From Octopus vulgaris (Eukaryota), in the NCBI GenBank assembly GCA_951406725.2, contig OX597826.1, positions 79,298,001 to 79,362,000 on the forward strand: a stretch of DNA of 64,000 bases, read 5' to 3'. The notes under the pieces were generated by a model that saw only the letters and a list, made by a program, of their open reading frames with translations, was not told where the DNA came from and ran no database searches. Of this stretch, positions 1 to 11,685 are shown in pieces (the first letter of the stretch is position 1; each line of letters opens with the position of its first letter). The position numbers and the translations under genes were made by a program.

Positions 1-1202
1 GTGTTATAGGCTCAGACTTCTTTGAAGAGGTCAGACATGGATTAATAGCGAATTCTCGTGACTAAGTGTTCCTGTCTCACATTTCCTTTTCTCGGTATTA
101 AACAGACGTGATATTAATACAGTATCAGATTTCTTGTCTAGTTTCTGGAAATCTGATATTTGTGGAAAGCTGAGAATATTTTGCAAAAAGAAAAGTTGAA
201 GATTGCCTTCGACTGGGATTTTCAACCCAGTGTTTACATACTGTTGTTTATAGCATTATGCGCTTCAAGATCCAGTTCCTTGAAAGAATTAGTTCAACTG
301 ATTTTTAACATCAACATCATCATAATCATCTAATGCCTGTTTTCCATGCTGGCAGGGGTTGGACGGTTTGATAGGAGCTGGGCAGCTACTCCAGACTCCA
401 CATCATCTGTTGTGGCATGGTTTCTACAGCTCGATGCCCTTCCTAATGCCAACCACTTTACAGAGTGTCCTGGGTGCTTTTCACATGCCACCAGCACAGG
501 TGTATTCACACAGCACTGGCATGAGTGCATTTTACATGGCACCAGCACCTATAAAGGACCAGCCTGTATGTATGACAGCATTTAAAATTGGTTTGACATG
601 TCTTCTCAAGTACAGCAAATTGCCACGTCTCATTTCATCAGTGAGGCCCAAGTATGAAAAAATTAGTAAAACCACTTTGTCATTATGAAGTTGGTGTTTG
701 GAACCTAAATTAACATAAGATTTTGGTGAAAGGTTTTAATTTAGATCCCTTTAAGACAGTAAGATTATATCATATCCCCAAGGGTGGTCTCAGTTGGCTT
801 GGTATCAGGAGGGTTAGAGGCAAAGTGCTTGTCAAGAAACCATGCAACCCCAACGAACGTTTCTGCCAGCTCCCCGCCTTACTCTATCTTGCTGCTCCCA
901 CACCTTTCCTCCTTACTCCCTATCTATTTATTGCTCAATCCCACTCATGATTACCACCTCCTTGTTACTCATAGCCCTTCCTGCCTCCATCCCTTGCCTC
1001 GCTACCACCTGTGCTGACCACACACACTCCACTTCCCTCTCACCTCGCTTCTCTTCACAAGCCCCACACGTAGGAGGCTGTATTGTGTGAAACAGGAAGA
1101 AACAGCATTTGGATGATATTATTTTCAAGACTAAATAAACAGCCATGCTGTTATGTGTTACCTATTTAATTGTTTCTGGCACATATGGTTCTCTACATTC
1201 AG

Positions 1203-1386
1203 ACAATGGAAGTTGTTGATATCCTACATTTTGGATGGCCACAAGGCTGGTTGCCTTGATGCCATGGATCAGGTGCAGAGCCTGCTGGCATTGGTGGTCT
1301 CTGAACTTGTCTCATACAGACACAGATCACCACGTTACTACCCAGCTGCGGACTTAGTGAACGGTCAATACGAGGAGTTGAAATGA
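1203..1386 (+). CDS. Possible terminal coding exon of an unidentified upstream gene
   Basis: Acceptor-like ttctctacattcag at 1189-1202, then non-repetitive sequence open to TGA (QWKLLISYILDGHKAGCLDAMDQVQSLLALVVSELVSYRHRSPRYYPAADLVNGQYEELK*), followed by AT-rich 3'UTR-like sequence. No family recognised. Confidence 0.35.
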
Positions 1387-4303
1387 AGTCTTTTGTTTTC
1401 ATTTTGTTTGTTTTATTTATTTGGATATAGTTTTTCAAGCATGGCTACAAGCACTTCTACTAGTGTTACTACGACTACTGCCGTTGGCATTATATAATAT
1501 GTCGTTCACGGCAACAATGTGATAAGACTTAAGCATTTGTAATGGGTAGAACGATGTATGTGTGTGCAAAGTTGTGTATGTGTGTTTATACACACGCGTA
1601 CGCGTGCACACACACACACACACACACACATTTGCACTTTGTGTGTGTGTGTGTGTGTATCCAAAGGTTGCATTTTTGTGTACTTTGCCCTACTCGAACA
1701 CCCATAACTTACTATTAATCTTGTGTGTATTTGTTTTTATGTGTGTGTGTGTGAGAGAGAGGGTGAGAGAGAGAGAGAAGTGGGGTGGGAGACAGCTTGA
1801 CAGGCATAACATGAGTGAGAAGCCTAATGGTTTGTACTGTTTAGGCAGTAGTATCATTATTAATAAGTATATAGAAGGAAATTTAGGTCTGAAATATTTT
1901 TGGTTCTTTATATATTTAATCTCGTTTCTGTTAAAAATTACCATTTTTTTTTGATAATCATACAAATATGTTTTAATTATAGAAACCTTTTTATGAGAAA
2001 GGAATTTTTGAAAAATCATTTTTTTAGAGAGAAAAATTGAGCCCTAATTAGCAGTAGGGCCTCAGAGTAGCAGATTGATGGAACCCTTTGAGCGTTGGCT
2101 ATAATGTTTTATTGTATACAGTTATGGATCTTTATGTTCAAAGCTTAAACCACTGAAGTCGATTTTATCTTTCTGGGTTTCCTAAAATAAGTACTGGTCA
2201 AGCACTGATGGGTCAGTATAATTGAGTGTTCCTTCTCTCTGAAACTTCTGGTATTACACCCTATGTAAGAAAATATAAACAGGACAAAATTTCAAATTAA
2301 GTGAATTCACCAGGAATTTAAATAGACCAAACCATGCGTAGATACACAGAACCAGTCATTGGCTACAGCTGGATCCCTATGAACCAACTCCCTAAAGTAA
2401 GCAACGTGGTTTTATATAATTTCTGTTACACTTATTCATGTGTTTCTTTCCCTTTTTTTCTTTTTGTCCAACTCTTGGACTTACACACCAAAGGCAACAG
2501 CTTCGATTTTTTTACTCACTTTGTTTTCCTTTAATCTTTCAACATTCAAATTATTCTGTCACATGTTATGCTCATATATTCACATTGTTTTGAATTAGTC
2601 ATGCATTGTCTTGTACCTTCAAGATTTCAATGGTGTGTTCATACATTTTGAGATTGGCATTGTAGGGGAGGTGTGAGAGGTTGGGTTTGGTCAGTTTTAA
2701 CATAAAACAGGTAGAATATTTTGGCCAGATATAGCCAGTTTAAATGCCAAAGGTTTAAGGTACTGACCAGTCTTTTAATTGTAAGTTTAATTGTTCATGT
2801 ATAAAATATATAGATTTATGCAGGTATAATCATCATCGTCATACGTCCGTTTTCCACGCTGGCATGGGTTGGACGGTTTGACTGAGGTCTGGAGAGCCAG
2901 CATGTGCACCAGGCTCCAATCTGATCTGGCAAGGTTTCTACAGCTGGATGCCTCTCCTAATGCTATGTATATATAAATGTATGTATATATCTATATATAT
3001 ACATTCGCCATGATTGATCGTTAGCCACTAAACCTTTTTTTATTTTCTCTTTCTGCTTATTTCTGTGTTCCTTTCTGTTGAAGAGCATAGACTCAAAACG
3101 TAAAGGACTTCTTCACTTCCTGAGTGTTAAACTAATACATCTGTTTGTTGTTTACACACCCATCTTTGTCTTTTGTTTTTTTGTTTTTTTTTTGTAAATT
3201 CCAACTATATATATATAAAGATTATAGAGGTAGAATTTTAGATAATTATTTATTTAGCTCTTTAGTTTTGTTTCAGAGATTCATCAGGAATGAAATGAAA
3301 GTGCTAAATAAATAATTGTCCAAAATTTTGACTACCTCCTTTTTCTTATATAAAATATGTGCACTACTTCAAACAAGCTATACAAACATAAACACACACA
3401 CGTATATATGTATAAAAAGTATCCGGCATAACTACAGATCGACTTTGTTGCCTCATAACTTCCAGAAAAATTGATAATTTTTAATGAAACCTTCAACAAA
3501 TAATTGCTTAGATCTTGTAGATTGAGTGTATGTAAAGATTTGTTGAAAAATATTTGATTTTGGGATGTGCTAGAAACAATAGCCAGATCTCCCTTATATC
3601 ACACATTTTCCTCTGAAATAATTAACGATTTTTTCTTTTTAAACCAAAAATGTTTCTCTCACGGGTTTTAAGTGCAGTGAAAAAAACAGAAAAAAGCCAA
3701 AATCAGTCTGGTTTGGGGTTTGAGGGGGTGGCGGGAGTGAAAAAAATTCATAAATTTTGAAAAATCTTTTCTTTTTCCATGAAAAGATATCTTCCATCAC
3801 TCAGAAGAAAGAAAAATTGGTAAAAATCCCTGTCAGAATTTCCAATTTATGTGGACTGTCTGATCCGGAATTGCATTTTCCAGAAACCCCATCCCCCTGC
3901 TCCCTTCCAAACAATTTTACCTACAAATTTTTTTGTAATTGTAATCTATTCCATTTAAAAAGTATTTGTATAAAATTTCATTAAAAAAATACCCATTTTC
4001 CTGAAAGTTATGAAGGGAAAAATGTTGGGGGGTCATGTGAATTTTATGAAAGTTCTTTCTCCAATGCCCGTGCCACAATGGAACCTTCTGCGTTCCGTCT
4101 ATGGCAGTGAATGGTGATTAAGACTATCTTACTATGAAAATGTGGATGAGACAACCTTTTTGCTAGAAACAACAGTCCAAAATAATGTTGTCATGAATAT
4201 GAAACCAGTGTCAAAGCTCTAACAATGCGTATTAGTATGAATTGACCGAATTTATCTTTATGATAATGTTTTTAAAACTCGTAGAGCTGTGGTTGTAAAA
4301 GCA

Positions 4304-4528
4304 TTGGGCTGGTGCATAATTACTGCGGCTTTTTTTTCAACAACTTTTTTTCAACAAAAACAATATTTGACAAAACCATCTTTAAATGATGGTCTGACCT
4401 GCCGCCAAGCAAATGGGAAGCAGTAATTGAAGTAGATGGTGAATATGCTCCAGAATAATCATTTAAAGATGTTTTTGTTGAATAAAATTTGTTGTAAAAA
4501 AAGCTGCAATAATTATGCAATAACCCAA
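4304..4528 (+). mobile_element. Non-autonomous mariner element (MITE)
   Basis: TIRs TTGGGCTGGTGCATAATTACTGCGGC / GCTGCAATAATTATGCAATAACCCAA followed by TA. Internal remnant translates LPPSKWEAVIEVDGEYAPE*, resembling a mariner transposase C-terminus. Confidence 0.75.
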
Positions 4529-4607
4529 TAATAAAATTTGGTAAATGTACATAGTGTAAAATGATTGGCAAGTGTGGAAAAAGTGCGGGGTTGGGAAGCC
4601 CCTTTAA

Positions 4608-5070
4608 TCATTTTGCTTTTAATCCAGCCATATCCGGCCCCCAAATATTTAATCCAGCCATATCCGGCCCCAAATATTTAATCCAGCCATATCCGGCCCC
4701 AAATATTTAATCCAGCCATATCCGGCCCCAAATATTTAATCCAGCCATATCCGGCCCCAAATATTTAATCCAGCCATATCTGGCCCCAAATATTTAATCC
4801 AGCCATATCTGGCCCCCAATATTTAATCCAGCCATATCTGGCCCCCAATATTTAATCCAGCCATATCTGGCCCCAAATATTTAATCCAGCCATATCCGGC
4901 CCCCAAATAGGTGTGAGAAGCTGTCCAGGTCCAGCTTCTCATACCTACTTTAATCTAAAAATAAACGAATCACTTCAAACATTTGAAGCTACAAGATATT
5001 TCATGATTCATTCCAAACATTGTGAATAAATAAGCATTGGATTTGACGGAATAATCTGAATGCCAAAGGG
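4608..5070. mobile_element. piggyBac-like MITE (TTAA flanks) carrying an internal 29-bp tandem array
   Basis: Ends AATGCCAAAGGG|TTAA, with TTAA also at 4604-4607. Body shared with copies at about 2532-2755, 21990-22378, 26776-26991, 49607-50048, 52763-52947 and 55350-55572. Confidence 0.7.
4618..4909. repeat. 29-bp minisatellite, 10 copies (TTTAATCCAGCCATATCCGGCCCCAAATA)
   Basis: AATCCAGCC recurs at 4621, 4651, 4680, 4709, 4738, 4767, 4796, 4825, 4854 and 4883. Confidence 0.95.
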
Positions 5071-5511
5071 TTAATCCTGCCTCACTGAGGACTGGTCAAC
5101 CCCTGTAGTGTTGGTGCCACAGGAACAATGCACCCAATACAGTCTGTAAAGTGCTTGGCAATTGGAAGTACATTCGGCTGGCGAAACTAAGGCAAGTGAC
5201 TTATAATAAGCAACAGTGTATGGAAGCAGTGGCACCCAGTAAGAAATGACGCAGACCATGAAGAGCCATCCGATGCATGCTGACATGGAAAACAGACGTA
5301 AAATGATGACGACGATGACGTGTGTGTGTGTATGTGTGTGTTGTATGTTTGTGCGAGTGTGCACATATGTCCTAGTTTGGCTGTTCCTGGAATCTATCAA
5401 AAATGCCAAAGTGGAGCAAATGATACCTCACAGACCAATGTATGCAGTGGGAATCTCTCAGAATGAAACTGTTAATATATTTCAATAACTTATTCAAATA
5501 GCTACAGTCTT

Positions 5512-5560
<49 letters not shown>

Positions 5561-5666
5561 ATAAGAGAGAATTTTTTTTCATGTAGTGAATTTGCCTTTA
5601 GTGGTTGAAATATGTCACAAACATATTTCAACTAATCTAAAGTTTGTTTATATATATATTTATATA

Positions 5667-6078
5667 ATCATCATCATCATCATCATTTAACATCTGTTTT
5701 CCATGCTGGCATGGGTTGGACGGTTTGACTGAGGTCTGGAGAGCCAACGGCTGCACCAGGCTCCGAATCTGATCTGGCAGTGTTTCTACAGCTGGATGCC
5801 CTTCCTAACACCAACCACTCCAAGAGTGCAGTGGGTGCTTTTTATGTGTCATTGGTACAGGTGCCGGTCAGGCGGGCCTTGCATCAATCACGTTCGGATA
5901 GTGCTTTTTATGTGCCACCTAGCAAAGGGGCTAGTCAGGGGATACTGGCATCAGCCATGTTTGTATGATGCTTTTTATGTGCCACCAGCATGGAGGCTAG
6001 TTAGGGGGTACTGGCATCAACCACGTTCTGATGGTGATTTTTATGTGCCACTGGCACAGGAGCCAGTCAGGCGGACCT
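5667..6078 (-). mobile_element. RTE LINE 3'-UTR fragment (5'-truncated copy)
   Basis: Matches 45672-46300 of the RTE LINE, with the (ATC)n tail on the + strand. Similar copies at about 316-630, 2830-2962, 13429-13757, 16600-17031, 17820-17975, 22150-22315, 27585-27780, 31780-32312, 35004-35202, 36438-36570, 41140-41368, 44148-44545, 50500-50760, 51187-51320, 51983-52500, 52580-52695 and 54608-54708. Confidence 0.85.
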
Positions 6079-8204
6079 GGTATATATATATGTATTATTT
6101 CTTTTAGTTCTTGTTTATTTATCTTGTTCGTATGTGTGTGTGTGTGTGTCTCCTTGTCTAGACATCATGTGATGGTTACCAACGAGGATCACTATCACAT
6201 AAGCACTGTTGTTCTACAGTTTTCTCATGAAAAGGATGTCTGGCCATGAGGAAATGTTACTTTGCTTGGAAACAGTTGAGGGTTGATGACAGGAAGAGCA
6301 TCCGGCTAGAAGAAAATCTGCCTCAGCAAATTCAGGGAAACACTTGCAAGCAGGGAAACACTGACATTAAATGATGAGGATATTGATAATGATGGTGATG
6401 ATGAATGGTTTTTTTTCTTCCTCTCCACTATTATTATCTGTTGTAAATCTGTCGTCAGTATTAACACTATACCGACTGTGTATAACTCAGCTTTGTCCTG
6501 TCTTGATTTTGAATGAAGTCCTTCAATGAGGTCATCCACATTTCGGCTGTATGTCGTGATTCTAACCGAAAACTGCACAATCTTCCCATTAAAGTCGGTG
6601 TTATTACATGAGAAACTCTTTCAGTTTACATAAGGCTTTGGCTGGCCTGAGGCTATAAGTAGAAAACACATGCTCAAAGTGGCACACTATGGGACTGAAC
6701 CCAGAACCATGTAATTGAGAGGCAAACTTCTTACCTCACAGCCATGCCTATATGCCATCATTTAATTTCACGAGCAGGCTGTTCTGTTGATCGGATCAAC
6801 TGGAACCCTCCTCGTCGTGACCGACGGAGTGCAACGACATGGACATATGATGTTATTTTTATAAAATCACAAACATCTCAGTGAATTCGTCATGGGTGGA
6901 AACAGGCGGGGGTTAGCAACAGGAATGGTATCTGGCCATAGAAAATTTGCCACAGTAAGTTACATCTGACGCAAGCGTCCATGATGGTGCCATGTAAAAA
7001 GCACCCAGAACATTCTGTAAAGTGGTTGATGTTAGGGAGGACATGATGCTGCAGAAAGAAGACCAAAACATACAATCGGAGCCTTGTGCAGCTCCTCTGA
7101 AATCTTCAAACCATGGCAGCATGGAAAACGGAAATTAAACGATGAAGAGGACGATGATGACAACAACAACGTATGTATATAAAATATTGAGTGTATTGTT
7201 TTGGCAGGAGTGCCTTTGTGGTACTTCATTTTTGGAGTGGGTTATTGAAATTCAAGTGAAATTTCATAAGTAATTAAAAGTCACCCCTGAAATGTGCCTC
7301 TCTGTTACAATAATAAAAATAATCTGTTTGGAATAATAATAAATTCTTGCCTAATTATCGTGGTTCTTAATCAACAAATTGCCTGACAACTGACTGTTTG
7401 ATTTTGGGGGGCAATGCCAGGTGTATTGGTGTGTGTGTGTGTGTAGATATATGTCTCTGGGTGTATATGTATATTTGTATTTTACCAACAGAAAGTAAAT
7501 TTTGAAAGCTGTAAAGCTGTAAGAACAGCAGAGAAAGGTTAGGGTTTGTCCTTATAAGATGGGAAAATGTTACCATACCTACTGGCAATTTTTTTCCATC
7601 TTCTAAGGATAAAAACCCAATATTTCCCTGCTGTTCTTACAACTTTACTAGTCTTGAAATTTACTCTCGTCTGTAAAATATCAACCAGAGTCGACGCTTC
7701 CAAAGTTTGCTTATAAAATGTCGTCGTATATATGTATGAGTGTATATGTGTATCTGTATATATATATTTGTGTATAAATATTTGTGTTTGTGTGTGTGTA
7801 TATATATATATGTGTATGTGTATGTTTATAGAGAAATATTTGTGTATGTGTAACATCCACCCACCCATCCATCCATCCATTCATCCCTCTTCCACCTTGC
7901 ACATCATCCCTCTACCTTCTCATCTCTTCTTCCTGAGCCATTTCTGTCTCTCTCACCTGACCATTCTCTACACTGATATTTCCCATCAACCACACCTCTG
8001 CCCTTCTTAATCACCCCCTATGTTCACCTCTACCCCCTGTCTCTTGCCATCCATTGCTCTTCTCTCTCCCTCCTGTCCTCTTTCCTTATTCTCTCTTACA
8101 TTCACCTTGTGTCTCGAGAGTCCGCTCTGGCACCTCATCACCACCATGTTCATCTTCTTTCCATCTACTCTCACCTACCTTTATATAATCTGGGGTGGTC
8201 CTGT

Positions 8205-9790
8205 ATTATTAGTCCATCTGCTGTTGTCAATGACCAAGGACATCACATGGGAGAAGATGATGGGGCATCATGTGACCGACTGTGTAGCCAATCAGTCCAG
8301 AAGGTTCTGCCACAGATGGGGCACTGGTAGTCTGTTGGGACCGAAGGCTCTGCCACAGACGGGGCACTGGTAGTCTGTTGGGACCGAAGGCTCTGCCACA
8401 GATGGGGCACTGGTAGTCTGTTGGGACCGAAGGCTCTGCCACAGATGGGGCACTGGTAGTCTGTTGGGACCGAAGGCTCTGCCACAGATGGGGCACTGGT
8501 AGTCTGTTGGGACCGAAGGTTCTGCCACAGACGGGGCACTGGTAGTCTGTTGGGACCGAAGGTTCTGCCACAGATGGGGCACTGGTAGTCTGTTGGGACC
8601 GAAGGTTCTGCCACAGATGGGGCACTGGTAGTCTGTTGGGACCGAAGGCTCTGCCACAGATGGGGCACTGGTAGTCTGTTGGGACCGAAGGCTCTGCCAC
8701 AGATGGGGCACTGGTAGTCTGTTGGGACCGAAGGCTCTGCCACAGATGGGGCACTGGTAGTCTGTTGGGACCGAAGGCTCTGCCACAGATGGGGCACTGG
8801 TAGTCTGTTGGGACCGAAGGCTCTGCCACAGATGGGGCACTGGTAGTCTGTTGGGACCGAAGGCTCTGCCACAGATGGGGCACTGGTAGTCTGTTGGGAC
8901 CGAAGGCTCTGCCACAGATGGGGCACTGGTAGTCTGTTGGGACCGAAGGCTCTGCCACAGATGGGGCACTGGTAGTCTGTTGGGACCGAAGGCTCTGCCA
9001 CAGATGGGGCACTGGTAGTCTGTTGGGACCGTAGGCTCTGCCACAGATGGGGCACTGGTAGTCTGTTGGGACTGAAGGCTCTGCCACAGATGGGGCACTG
9101 GTAGTCTGTTGGGACAGAAGGCTCTGCCACAGATGGGGCACTGGTAGTCTGTTGGGACTGAAGGCTCTGCCACAGATGGGGCACTGGTAGTCTGGTGGGA
9201 CAGAAGGCTCTGCCACAGATGGGGCACTGGTAGTCTGGTGGGACCGAAGGCTCTGCCACAGATGGGGCACTGGTAGTCTGTTGGGACCGAAGGCTCTGCC
9301 ACAGATGGGGCACTGGTAGTCTGGTGGGACCGAAGGCTCTGCCACAGATGGGGCACTGGTAGTCTGTTGGGACCGAAGGCTCTGCCACAGATGGGGCACT
9401 GGTAGTCTGTTGGGACCGAAGGCTCTGCCACAGATGGGGCACTGGTAGTCTGTTGGGACCGAAGGCTCTGCCACAGATGGGGCACTGGTAGTCTGGTGGG
9501 ACAGAAGGCAAGGTGTTGGCACTGGACTTGCGTAGTTTATGTCTTCATTGCGCCCCAGCAATTCTGTTCTCTTCATAGGGGGTGGCACCTCTGTTGGTGC
9601 TGTTTCACTAGGCAAGGTGGTCTTGTGCTTGCATATCCCAGGTGTCCAGGGTCGATCTCTCTGCTCTTCAGTGAGGCTTTGGGTGTGTCCTTGAACTGTT
9701 TATTTTCTGCCCTCCTTCTGTGTGGTTGCCTTTCACCAGTTTGCTCTGAAACAATCTCTTCTGGTGTCATCTATCAGGTATGCATCAGGT
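8205..9790 (-). mobile_element. Degenerate 3' end of an RTE-clade LINE (C-terminal zinc-finger region) hosting the 43-bp array
   Basis: With frameshifts and stops, the minus strand reads IPDR*HQKRLFQSKLVKGNHTEGGQK/KQFKDTPKASLK..ID../DTWDMQAQDH...RGATPYEENRIAGAQ*RHKLRK...DYQCPICGRAF, and after the array IGYTVGHMMPH. This follows the RTE ORF C-terminal pattern GGQKKRFKDTLK...CPxCxRxF...IGLxSHxRxH. Confidence 0.75.
8300..9509. repeat. 43-bp minisatellite array 1, about 28 copies (GCCACAGATGGGGCACTGGTAGTCTGTTGGGACCGAAGGCTCT)
   Basis: Unit starts run from 8309 to 9470 at exact 43-bp spacing. Head-to-tail, no spacers. Confidence 0.97.
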
Positions 9791-9868
9791 ATGTCTCTGT
9801 GTCATATTTCATCTATCTCATGCACACACACACGCACACGCACACACACACACACCACTCAATCCATG

Positions 9869-11330
9869 TCTGCCACAGATGGGGCACTGGTAGTCTGTTG
9901 GGACCGAAGGCTCTGCCACAGATGGGGCACTGGTAGTCTGTTGGGACCGAAGGTTCTGCCACAGACGGGGCACTGGTAGTCTGTTGGGACCGAAGGTTCT
10001 GCCACAGATGGGGCACTGGTAGTCTGTTGGGACCGAAGGCTCTGCCACAGATGGGGCACTGGTAGTCTGTTGGGACCGAAGGTTCTGCCACAGATGGGGC
10101 ACTGGTAGTCTGTTGGGACCGAAGGCTCTGCCACAGATGGGGCACTGGTAGTCTGTTGGGACCGAAGGCTCTGCCACAGATGGGGCACTGGTAGTCTGTT
10201 GGGACCGAAGGCTCTGCCACAGATGGGGCACTGGTAGTCTGTTTGGACCGAAGGCTCTCCCACAGATGGGGCACTGGTAGTCTGTTGGGACCGAAGGCTC
10301 TGCCACAGATGGGGCACTGGTAGTCTGTTGGGACCGAAGGCTCTGCCACAGATGGGGCACTGGTAGTCTGTTGGGACCGAAGGCTCTGCCACAGATGGGG
10401 CACTGGTAGTCTGTTGGGACCGAAGGCTCTGCCACAGATGGGGCACTGGTAGTCTGTTGGGACCGAAGGCTCTGCCACAGATGGGGCACTGGTAGTCTGT
10501 TGGGACCGAAGGCTCTGCCACAGATGGGGCACTGGTAGTCTGTTGGGACCGAAGGCTCTGCCACAGATGGGGCACTGGTAGTCTGTTGGGACCGAAGGCT
10601 CTGCCACAGATGGGGCACTGGTAGTCTGTTGGGACCGAAGGCTCTGCCACAGATGGGGCACTGGTAGTCTGTTGGGACAGAAGGCTCTGCCACAGATGGG
10701 GCACTGGTAGTCTGTTGGGACCGAAGGTTCTGCCACAGATGGGGCACTGGTAGTCTGTTGGGACCGAAGGCTCTGCCACAGATGGGGCACTGGTAGTCTG
10801 TTGGGACTGAAGGCTCTGCCACAGATGGGGCACTGGTAGTCTGTTGGGACTGAAGGCTCTGCCACAGATGGGGCACTGGTAGTCTGTTGGGACAGAAGGC
10901 TCTGCCACAGATGGGGCACTGGTAGTCTGTTGGGACTGAAGGCTCTGCCACAGATGGGGCACTGGTAGTCTGTTGGGACAGAAGGCTCTGCCACAGATGG
11001 GGCACTGGTAGTCTGGTGGGACCGAAGGCTCTGCCACAGATGGGGCACTGGTAGTCTGTTGGGACCGAAGGCTCTGCCACAGATGGGGCACTGGTAGTCT
11101 GGTGGGACCGAAGGCTCTGCCACAGATGGGGCACTGGTAGTCTGTTGGGACCGAAGGCTCTGCCACAGATGGGGCACTGGTAGTCTGTTGGGATCGAAGG
11201 CTCTGCCACAGATGGGGCACTGGTAGTCTGTTGGGACCGAAGGCTCTGCCACAGATGGGGCACTGGTAGTCTGTTGGGACCGAAGGCTCTGCCACAGATG
11301 GGGCACTGGTAGTCTGGTGGGACAGAAGGC
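9869..11330. repeat. 43-bp minisatellite array 2, about 34 copies
   Basis: Unit starts run from 9872 to 11291 at exact 43-bp spacing. Same unit and same variant types as array 1. Confidence 0.97.
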
Positions 11331-11685
11331 AAGGTGTTGGCACTGGACTTGCGTAGTTTATGTCTTCATTGCGCCCCAGCAATTCTGTTCTCTTCATAGG
11401 GGGTGGCACCTCTGTTGGTGCTGTTTCACTAGGCAAGGTGGTCTTGTGCTTGCATATCCCAGGTGTCCAGGGTCGATCTCTCTGCTCTTCAGTGAGGCTT
11501 TGGGTGTGTCCTTGAACTGTTTATTTTCTGCCCTCCTTCTGTGTGGTTGCCTTTCACCAGTTTGCTCTGAAACAATCTCTTGTGGTGTCATCTATCAGGT
11601 ATGCATCAGGTATGTCTCTGTGTCATATTTCATCTATCTCATGCACACACACACGCACACACACACACACCACTCAATCCATGTC
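11331..11685. repeat. Near-identical duplicate of 9510-9870 (LINE remnant plus CA tract)
   Basis: Differences seen: one substitution (TCTCTTCTGG versus TCTCTTGTGG) and the length of the CA tract. Confidence 0.93.

Noticed and set aside
4618-4909. CRISPR-like 29-bp repeats
   Set aside because: No spacers; the unit is the end of a MITE.
6306-6610. Possible minus-strand exon (ORF 6306-6578)
   Set aside because: No recognisable motif or convincing splice sites; flanked by repeats.
8300-11330. CRISPR-like array
   Set aside because: Units are head-to-tail with no unique spacers, there are no cas genes, the context is eukaryotic and the unit derives from a LINE.
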